Positions 53,600 to 64,000 of a stretch of 64,000 nucleotides of DNA are shown in pieces (positions within the stretch are counted from its first letter, which is position 1; every line of letters starts with the position of its first letter). Source of the stretch: Octopus sinensis (taxonomy: Eukaryota); assembly GCF_006345805.1 (NCBI RefSeq), contig NC_043014.1:26412001-26476000 (forward strand). Direction: 5' to 3'. A program made the translations under genes and the position numbers. The notes under the pieces were generated by a model, which was not told where the DNA came from, searched no databases, and saw only the letters and a program-made list of their open reading frames with translations.

Positions 53600-55330
53600 G
53601 TGGTGCTGAATGCAATTACTTACATAATTAAGTGCCCCCATAATTAATGGTATAAATCAAAACTTTAGTCTGGTTGTATCTGCAGAATTTTCATTAGTTC
53701 GACATTGTTTTCGTTTTCTGTTATCTTTAACATTATAGCATCGTCTGCCGGAAAATTGATTTCCACTACTTTGCACACTTTTCTTTCAGCCTTCCAGATT
53801 ATCGCATTTGATTTTCAGATGTCTTGATGAAAACATTTCACCAGTATTTTTTCAAAAGAATGTGACCAAAAAAAAAGGCGTACTACACCACGGGGAAAAT
53901 TAACATAGCATCAATTTTTCTGTGCACTACTAAAGAGAGTGATACTTTGGGACGAGACTGAAATTTTTGTGATCCCTTGTTGACAAGCCGATGAATTAGC
54001 TCCAGGAATTAGCTGAATGCGAAATAGTGTACAACAATGTTACCAGCAAAGACTGGTGGATACTTTGGAAAGAAAGGGTGAAACTCGAGAAAGATGGAGT
54101 GACTTCTTAGAAATATATGACGCCTGTCTGGAAAGATAATGGAATCAACAATAAATGTACTGGCAAGAAATTTGTTTAAGTAACAAATTTCAGTTGTTTA
54201 GTTGCAGGTGGGGTTTAGGAGCTCAAAAGTGACGAAGATTCATCATACAAAAATGAGTTGTTGCTGGAAACATCAACGTGAGCCGGTAACGACCAATTAG
54301 ACCTTCGAGGGGAGTCAAAACCAGGAAGAAGCCAAAAGCATCCATGAGTTTTATGATGTAATTAAGAGTTAACATACAACAGTAAATAGAAAATTTTCCA
54401 GGAAGACCTGAATTGCATAAGTCAAAATGACCTAGCTACTCTCAGCAAACTCCCAAGTTCTATATTTAATGCTCTGAAAAACAAAGAAGTAGGCGGTGAT
54501 AATACTATACTACCTAAGGCTTACAAGTATGATATAATTCGTTCACAAGAAAAACTTTTCAATTTCTTTTCACTTTGCTGGAAGTACCAAAATTTGTGAA
54601 ACATCCAAATCCTGAAACCCTGCTAGTATCATAAGTATTTATGAAATTAAAAGTGACTACACTGGCTGCAATAACAGCTGTGGAATCTGTCTTAAAAGTA
54701 CTTTCCCGCATCTTGCTACAACAACTCATATCTAATATAGCTTCAAAAATATTTCTTAAGAGTCAAACCCGCTGGTTACCCAATGCAGCAATTTGAAAAC
54801 TCTTGGAAGAAAAACAAGGACCGTCAAATGAAATTCTCTTATCTGTGCATGGCTTTTGGTAACGTTAGCGGTAATATGTTATGCAACGCACTTATGGCAT
54901 TTGGAAGATCTCCAAGCTTTATTCATATGATGTATCTTATCCATACTAGAGTGGTAGTTCAGTTATCAGCACTTAGAATCAATGCACCCCTGTGTTAACA
55001 GGCATGTATTCCTGCTCCTATTTTTTCAAGTCTTTTTCATTGTTGTGACGAGATAGAATTTCTCCTCACTATGAAACTTTGTCTAGAGTCATGCACAAGA
55101 TGCAGTATGTGAGAGGTGTAGCTGGTATATCTCTTTATTCAGACAGACTTAAAAGAGTTGCTGTGTCCTTATATTTGGCCTACTGGCGGGCAAGGTTGCA
55201 GCCGAGCACCGAGAAGACTCATACTCTGCAAACTTCCTTAGTCATGATTATCAACCTCCGATCAATATTTCTTAAGAAAAACAATACTTAGGCCATATCT
55301 CTTCTTGGAATAATCAACTTTAGCACAACA
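53600..55330 (+). mobile_element. Decayed RTE-like LINE with an inverted 3' segment
   Basis: RT region ...MAFGNVSGNMLCNALMAFGRSPSFIHM.. on + up to about 55070; about 55075-55330 reads as a C-terminal piece on - (VCRV*VFSVL). Confidence 0.6.
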
Positions 55331-56639
55331 TAACAAGATCAAACTGACAATTGTTTGTTGTTATATACATCGTCAGTAAATTACGTTCCGGATGAAATTA
55401 GAGTTGTGAAACAAACAAAATAAAAAAAATTGAAGACGGAATTTTACGACATGTTTGAGAAAATGAGTGAGAATTACAATGCTGAAAGAAGAAAACTACT
55501 TTGAATTTAGTGTAATTGTGTACAAATATGTTTTGCTATATAATGAATTAGATTATAACTTTCCTGATATTAATGACTTGGATTATGAACCCATTCGAAA
55601 TCGTCTTAAAATAAACCCCAGTTAATCTCGATACAGTCGTCAAGATAAATGTTTTGTAATTATAAATGCTTCTACTGGAAGACCTTTTTTTTCAAAAAAT
55701 TCTCCTAACAAGATTCTGGAATGTCATGGAGATGAGTGCGTAAAGAACGGGAGACCTTTTTGTTATTTCCATTACTGAGAACAAAATGTTTGGCAATATT
55801 TATAGCTCAAAACAAATGTTGCGTAACTGGTTCATTCAGAATATGTAGACGTGTCTTTTTTAAACTGTGCCTCTGAATTATTTAGTTAGTGACAAACTCA
55901 GCTGTCTCATTTAAAATGTAACAATAAATCAAATAAAATTACTGACAAATAGTATGTCTTTTATCGCTTCTGTGGGTTTCATAGGTTTTACATGGTATTC
56001 TGACAAAAGCTACTACAACATTACAGGACAAATCGAATGAGCAGATCGGAAGAAAAGTTTGAAATCTCTTATTCAGTGTACATTAAAAGTAGGGAAGCCC
56101 GAGAATGCGAAGATCACCCTGGGTACAAAATAGTCAATATGTACGGTGAAAATACACGAATTAATCTGTATTGGATACTGGGCAAATGGATATCTCATCA
56201 GAATAAGGGAGGCGAGATATTGTAACTAAAGGAATTCGTTGTAATAAAAAGTAGTGTGCGACTTGAGTCAAAGAGAAAGAAAACTAATGCGTTGTTTTAG
56301 AATGGGAGAAAGTTAGGCAAAGGAAGCTACCGCAGAATATATGAAAAATGGAAAAAGCCAGTTGGTAATTCTTCTTGAGAGCCTATATTAGATGATGAAG
56401 CCGGCGTGACACGCTCACACTTGCTAATTATCATCGGTGCTGATATTATGCATCATCACATAATCTTCTGGTAAATCTTAGGGAGTATGTTGAGCAGTGT
56501 AACTAACTACGCTTGATGATGCTCTAAAACAACAATGAAGTAGTGGTATAGCAATAAGAATTAACACTAAGTTATGCACGCCCTGTTGTTTTCTATAAGG
56601 TGAGTGAAAAAGGACCAATGCAACAGTGCAAACAAAAGA

Positions 56640-56935
56640 AAGCCGATCCAGATTTCTGGAAGGTGCTTAAGGATGGAAGGTAGCTGTATTTGAAGGAAGA
56701 ATATCTACTTTTAAATTAAATTGCAATAACAAAGCAATGCCCTGACACTATGACATGTTCCGACTTAGCGGTGCCTTGCGATGACAATATGGAAAGGGAA
56801 CATGGCAGAAAGGACCTAAAATTTGAAAGACTTCAAGATTCGTGTCAGGCACAAAGATGGCAGTATACAAGTGAGGTGAGATGTCATGGTTTTCTGTCTA
56901 CATCTACAGTGACACTGGACTTAGAAAGAATAGCA
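56640..56935 (+). mobile_element. Hero/NeSL-like restriction-like endonuclease fragment
   Basis: LAVPCDDNMEREHGRKDLKFERLQDSCQAQRW..EVRCHGF resembles ELTVPWEE..ERK..KY..GW..EVGCRGF. Confidence 0.65.
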
Positions 56936-57471
56936 GAGCTGTGATTTGCGAATTGTAGAGAGAAGCAGTGAATGTTTTATCAAGTATATGGTACAGGCAT
57001 GTGAGTGTAAACTGAAAGCTGAGAGCACAGAGTAACTCCTCAGATGTAGCATAACGAAATATCTGATACATGGTCGGATTGGACATGATTACACCAAGCT
57101 TGATGTATTAGTTGCATGGATGATGGAGAAAGTGTGCTAGAATCAGGACGTGAATGACCCTGACATTTCTTGGCAGCAGCATTTTTGTTTGGTACTGCTA
57201 GATGGAGAATTATTATCATGAAGTAACAAAATTGTTGTGATCTCCGGTCGACAGCTGATAAAGAAAGTGTCCCGTAGTACAAATATAAAATATATTTCAG
57301 TGTGTGCATGTTTATATGATATCGCAGCTGCTGTGGCCTAAGCTTAATGCTTCCCCAACTTAAATGTTGACTTCATGTGTCAGTTTATCATAAAGAAATT
57401 CAGTGTAGCAAGTAAATCCTTACTGTCATTGTGGACGAAAAGCTCACAAAAATTATTATTATTATTATTAT

Positions 57472-57546
<75 letters not shown>

Positions 57547-57894
57547 TGTACAATAGCAACAACGAAATAAGTATCAGTCATATATAATGGAGTTTTCCTT
57601 CTCACAGGTGGTTTAAAAAACTTTTTTTATCGAGGTTAAGAAATCAAAATATTTATGTTTGGGTAGTTGATCGCAGAATCGACAGAGTAAACGACTACGT
57701 GCATTAAATTAACATTCTTTACGTTCTGATTTCAAATCATGTGAGAGTCGACTTTGCAGCTAGTTCTCCCCGGGATCTATGAAATGAGTATCAGTAAATT
57801 GCTGTAGGCGGTTTAATCGATTGTACTCAACTATGAAAATGCTGTAGTCATGTATATGTGTTAGAAGTTCATATTTATGGTTACTCTATTAAAA

Positions 57895-58275
57895 TATTGT
57901 GTTCGGTGGGGCAGTTGCAGGCGGAGACGATGGGGCGGCCAGTATTGTTAGGCTTATGGATTTAGGGGAGGAAGTAAATTGTGGGAGAGCGAGGGGTGCG
58001 GACAGTGAGGTTAGAGACGGTAGGGAAGACGGGAGGAGGAGATTTGGTTATGGATAGTGGAGGACACAGTCTGTTGGTAGATGGGCGTGGAGTTGGAGGG
58101 AATAGGGCAGTAGAAGGAGGTGTCTTGAAGTTGGTGGAGAACTTCCACCTTGTAGAGGTCCGCGCGCCACACCACCACCGCTCCACCTTTGTCGACCAGT
58201 TCTGTGATGATGTCCGTGCGCGTCGGAGACATCGAGGGGCCGAGAGTTCACCTGGCGATTTAATGTAATTTATTA
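57895..58275 (-). mobile_element. Neptune-like PLE RT N-terminal fragment
   Basis: DII..VDKGGAVVVWRADLY..LQDTSFY...RTPRSPTIYFLPKIHKPNNTGRPIVSACNCPTE. Confidence 0.85.
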
Positions 58276-58980
58276 ACTGGAAAAATGCAACGTTCTTTCA
58301 CAGCTGTTTCGATTTTGCCCAAAGAATTAAATTCCAATAACTAATACATTTTATTGGGCAAAATCTCATCAAAGGTGCAAAAGACCGTTTGATTATTCTT
58401 CCAAAACATCTGAACAGACTGAATATCATTTAATTACTAATACTGGTATAAACCTTGGCCAAAGAGTAATGGGTGGTCTAAGGGTAATAATTGGTAAATA
58501 AAGGTTAGATACTGAATTACGATAAATAATAGTATCATATGAATGGGAGAATAAGTCAGTGAATACTTTTATAATTTGATTAAGAAATTGATGGCATTAA
58601 TATGGAAAATAAAGTATAAAATAATCATAGTCAGAATGGGCATCTGCCTTATTTATATATAGTGGACATATATACACACACACACACACACACGCACGCA
58701 CACACACATATATATATTTATAACTCTATCAATCTATATATATATATATTTATATTAGTAATTAAATGATATTCAGTCTGTTGAGATGTTTTGGAAGAAT
58801 AACATCTAATAACTTAACGGTGTTTTTTACTCCTCTGGTGAAATTTTGCGCAATAAAACGTTTTAATTACTGGAATTTAATACTTTCGGAAAAATCGAAA
58901 CAGCTGTAAGAAAACACGTTGAATTTTTGCAGTTCATAAATTATATTAATGCTACTTCTCTATTTTCTGAATTTTAATTT
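58260..58980. repeat. Inverted pair of a repeat also present at 63640-64000
   Basis: rc(58260-58640), 58750-58980 and 63640-64000 are mutually similar. Confidence 0.6.
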
Positions 58981-58982
58981 CA

Positions 58983-59023
<41 letters not shown>

Positions 59024-59039
59024 AAATAGTGAATTAGTT

Positions 59040-61190
59040 ACCAATAATACATTTAGATCAATTAATTTAGGTGCTAAAAGGATATTGTCTGAATGTAATA
59101 TTGATGACAAAACGGAACCTTTCACATCTATTAAACCCCGTATTAAACTAAAAGACCATAAGGACAATTTCCTAACTAACTCTAAAGTTAGATGAATATG
59201 TCCAGGAAAGTCGAACTTAGCTAGATTAAGCATGATTATTTTAGGTAAATATATTCCTACACTAGATAACACTAGAACTATGGTCCAACACACAATATGC
59301 AATTAACTGGTTATCAAAAAGTCAAAATAAAGACAAACATAAATTTCTACAGGTAGACACAGATAACTACAATTCTTCAATCAATCTTCCTCTATATCAA
59401 ATAGTGCACTTGTTTTCGCTAGAAAACATGTTAATTTTACTATGAAAGAAATCAACGCAATACTAATAACCCGTTGATCTAACAATACTAACAACCCGTT
59501 AGCTTCGACAATAAATTGTGGACTAGAAAATATACACCCAATTGTTTTGATATACCTACAAGTGACAGACCTTGTAGGTATTTATCATCTATCAAACACA
59601 TGTGAAGAATTCTCTTAGATTAGGGGGGATTATACAGGGGCGATACTCTCTTCATAATTAGAAATGCTTCTAATAGACGATTAGAAATTATTAAACGTTC
59701 ATACAAATTCTTTAAAAGATATAGTTTTTCTATTACTATCGAGAAGGTTAAATTTTCTGGATGTTAACTCCAATTCAGCAACTAGTTGAGATGAACCTTT
59801 TAGAAAACCCGACTCCAAATTAAGATGCATAAATTTTCGATAAAATTATCGATAAATCGAAAGTCTATAACAAAGATATGCCTATCTTTTAATGAAGATT
59901 TATTTAATAAACATGCGCACCACTATAATATAGCCTTATTTAACGATAGATTGAAAAAAAAAAGAATATTGTAAGCATAATAATATTAATGTTAACATAA
60001 CTAAATACCAACAGAAAAACTGGAAAAACTTATAATCCGATAAATAATAAACAGAAAACTAAAAACCAGAACATATAAAAACACGAAATAGATGTTGATA
60101 ATAAACACAAGATTACTGAAAGCAAAATTAATATCATTAAATACCAAATTAAATACCACTACATTAAATAATAAACCTAAAATAAAAAATGATAATTTAA
60201 TTTATAATAAATATTATAATGTTAATCATACATCTAATAATAATTATGTGTACACTAACTCAAATAAATATATTAAATCTGAAATAGATTATGATACTCC
60301 TATACTGAATAATGATACTGATAAATCCAATAAAATTTGGCTAACTTTCCATATGCCAACCAAATCAAAAGCAGCATAATTAATTCAATTTTCAAGATTA
60401 TCTATAAACATTTTAATACCAACAATAGATATAATGAAATAATTAACAATAAAACCACTAATATTGGATTTAGCCTAACCCCATTACTTATTTACTATTA
60501 TAGCTTCCGTAAATAATAAGAAATTAGATAAATTCTATTTAAATAGAAATACTCATAGTAATAACCAAATTAACCCCACCCCTTGGACTTAATGTACCCC
60601 CACACTGACTCTAATAACCTCATTAATTGTACTGATATGTCTCCTAACAATAAATTTTTTTTTAAATACAAAGAATAACATATCTCCTCATCTAATACAC
60701 AAACATATAATAACATTTATAGTAATTGTGATTGAAGGGTAAAAAATACTTCTTTAAGAATTTTTGTGAAAGTAAAAATGTAATATACCAATGTGCAGTT
60801 ATAACTCAAGTAAAAGAACATATTTATATAGGTTTTACGGAAAATGCTATTAAAAAACGTGCCACTATCTACTTGTATACTTTTAGATATAGATATAAAT
60901 CTAATTCTACCGGATTAAGTAAATTTATCTGGCAGTTAAAAGATGATGATATTAATTTCAATCTTAAATGGGATATAATTAATTCTGTACCATCTTATGA
61001 ATTCAATAATAAAAATTATTCTCTTTGTAAAACTGAGGCATTTTTTATTCTAAAATTTAAAATACCCTACTTAACCTTAGAGATGAAAAGAGTATTTTCT
61101 GTGATCACGTGGGAAAATATGTATTTTCCAAATTTAAATAACGAATATATTATCTCTCTTGCTACTATAATTGTACACACCTAAAGGATT
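59040..61190 (+). mobile_element. Near-full-length decayed PLE (RT, Asn-rich linker, GIY-YIG)
   Basis: KDHKDNFLTNSKVR*ICPGKS, GLYRGD (RT motif C remnant), and NVIYQC..IYIGFT..NSTGLSKFIWQLK..LKW in order on one strand. Confidence 0.8.
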
Positions 61191-61380
61191 ATATAATTAC
61201 TTATGACCACCTCTTAAAAAGGTAACACTTAAAATATTCTATATTTTAGATTTAGATAACAATAGTTTTATTTACCCCTCTTTCAAATAAATAATCTGAT
61301 CTTTGCAACGATATAAATATTTTTATATTATATATTAACGTAGTAATATCAGCATCTCTCAAATTTTAACCTACCATTCT

Positions 61381-61590
61381 GCGATCTGGTAGAAACGTTA
61401 ACACGGCGGACGAAGTGCTTCGCGGTATTTCGTCTGTCTTTACGTTCTGAGTTGAAATTCCGTCGAAGTTGACTTACACTTTTATCTTTTCGGGGTTGAT
61501 ACATTAAGTACCTGTTGCGTACTAGGGTCGATCTAATTGACTGGCTACCTCCTTTAAAATTTCGACTCTTGTGTCTAGAGTAGAAAAGAA
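61381..61590 (+). mobile_element. Third SINE-like family
   Basis: Homologous copies at about 27240-27410 (-) and 57650-57835 (+). Confidence 0.6.
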
Positions 61591-62083
61591 TATAATTCAC
61601 TATACCACATTGACCTCTACCCAACCAATAAATATTTACCATATAGCCAGATTCATATTTACCATATAGCCAGATTCTTTTATACAAAAGTCCTAACACT
61701 ATAATAATTAATCTCTACATTTACTTTTATACACATATTGATTATTTTTCTATTAATAATATTTTTCAATCATTGCTAACTTTTTTATCCCAATTATCCA
61801 ATACTCCCGAACAGAATTGATATACTTGATAATATCTATGTCTAATTTTTATATCTGATATATTCCACATAACCTTTTCATTAACAAATGTGATAAATCA
61901 TCAACTATATATTAACACAAGATACGCACTCATACCATTATATTAATATGCCTTCTGCATATATTTGATTCTATACTATATATATATTTTTTTAATTTCT
62001 TAATAAGATTTTTTTAAATATTACTATAATATTACTGCACTATACCCATAAATCTTTATATATATACACACACTCACACACAC

Positions 62084-62114
<31 letters not shown>

Positions 62115-62403
62115 TATGTTCTTAGTTATACAAATGCCCTTATCTTCTTATATATATATATATAGTGTGCATGTGTGAATTTATATATTTGTGTATATGT
62201 ATTTATTGGCATAAACTAAATTATGTGTGCTTTTAGTATATAAAGACCCTATGTAAATGTAAATGTGGGTACATAAATTTGTCTGTATGAGTAGAAACTA
62301 ACATGTGTAAGTTTTTGGTTATATATATGTATATTTTATGCTTGTGTGCATAAGTATATATATATATATTATATATATGTATATATATATATTATACATA
62401 TAA

Positions 62404-62505
<102 letters not shown>

Positions 62506-63160
62506 GACGTATGTGCGTAAATAATTATATTATTTACTCGATTTCGTGAATAATTTCTGGATTGGTTAAATATTACTTTATCTTTTCTTTTCCATGATAA
62601 TCTAAGATTTTAGATAAGTTAAATTTTACTGAATCTCATTTTAAGTGTAGTCAGAAATATTAAACACATGATGTCTGAATAATTTTTTGATTGGTTAAAT
62701 ATCACTTTATCTAGTACTATTATTATTATTATTCATGATAATCTAAAATTCTAGATGAATTATAAATTTTTTTCAATTATTCGTATCCAACACGTGAGTA
62801 AGTAAATCTTTAGTGACATAAGAAAATTTTCAATCTCATAAACAAAGTATCTTTATTTTCTGTTAGACCTATTTAATGAAATAACATAGAAACGCTTGCT
62901 ATTTTAAAATATTTAGCCAATCAAAGCGTTTTGTCTCTACTTGATCGATACTAAATTTTTGATAGGGGTAAAAAATTAGGTTTTGCAAATGTACGTACGT
63001 ATATTTTGTTTTTGTACATGTAATTCTCGATTATATATGTATGAATATGTATAATCTGAAAAAAAGTCGAAGAAAAAAGCACAACAAGAAAACAAACAAC
63101 AACTCAAGGACGTGGCACATGCAAAGTATTAAAAGATGCTCAGGGAAGGAAAGAAAGATT

Positions 63161-63197
63161 GCTTTATGTTTCGAGCAAAGCCCCTCTTCAGTAACAG
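63161..63197 (-). ncRNA. Hammerhead-like motif (CUGA core) in a diverged relative of the same PLE 3' region
   Basis: CTGTTA-CTGAAGA-GGGGCTTTGCTC-GAAAC-ATA-AAGC; flanks resemble those at 11500-11580; stem I is not supported. Confidence 0.4.
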
Positions 63198-64000
63198 GAG
63201 GTAGAGGAATATATACATGTACATATAGCATGTATGTGTATAAGTATATAGAAAAGCGTGTGTTACATATAATGTTTTTCTAATTATGTAACAATGCCTA
63301 TCTATATGTGCAGATACATGAATGCGTATGTGCGTATATGCATATATGCACATATAAAATTTTTTCATGAGTGCGTACATTATACATGCATATTTGTACC
63401 CACTGTTTGTGCACGTGTATTGTATGCGTGTATAGGTGTATGTATTTTGACATCTTTGCTTATATTATTACTTATATGTATATATTATTACTTAAAAGTG
63501 TATATCTTGAATGTATACGGTTGCATACGAGTGTATATACGTATGTATATATGTGCACTGTATATATGATAAGGTGGATGTCCTTTCTGACTATGACTAT
63601 TTTATACCTTATTTTTCATATTAATTCCATCAATTTCAAATCAAATTATATAAGTATTCACTGATTTATTCTCTCATCCATATGATACTATAATTTACTG
63701 TAACTATCTAACCGTTATTTTCTAATTATTACCCTTATACAACCCGTTACTCCCTGGCCAAGGTTTATACCAAGATTAGTAATTAAATTATATTCAGTTT
63801 GTTGAGATGTTTTGGAAGAATAGCATCTAATAATCTAACGGTATGTCTTTTTACTTCGCTGCTGTGATTTTGCCCAATAAAATGTGTTAATTACTGGGAT
63901 TTAATTCTTTGGGAAAATTCGAAACAGCTGTAATATAACATGTTGAATTTTTCCAGTTAAGGAATTATATTAAAGCTACTTCTCCATTTTCTGAATTTTA

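Overview
This window is AT-rich, microsatellite-dense eukaryotic DNA, not prokaryotic. Its SINE content and repeat landscape point to an octopus (Octopus sp.); this is an inference. Most ORFs in the supplied track are microsatellite artefacts or antisense frames of transposons. One intact host gene can be rebuilt by hand on the minus strand (about 21425 to 14530). It has a TATA/Inr promoter, a non-coding first exon, 7 phase-consistent GT-AG coding exons and an AATAAA signal. It encodes a 278-aa secreted, helical precursor with a signal peptide, an acidic pro-region, a KR site and a His-rich 108-aa C-terminal domain, which I cannot assign to a named family. The rest is decayed mobile DNA dominated by Penelope-like elements (PLEs: RT and GIY-YIG fragments of at least two lineages), plus tRNA-derived SINEs, L2/CR1-, RTE-, R4- and Hero/NeSL-like LINE fragments, mariner and DD41D transposons, and MITE-like elements. 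The most notable unexplained signal is about 10 hammerhead-ribozyme (HHR) motifs tied to the PLE remnants. They include a canonical type I HHR duplicated in inverted orientation, and a 4-copy family with a non-canonical CUGU-N-GA core. Repeat boundaries are read by eye and are approximate.
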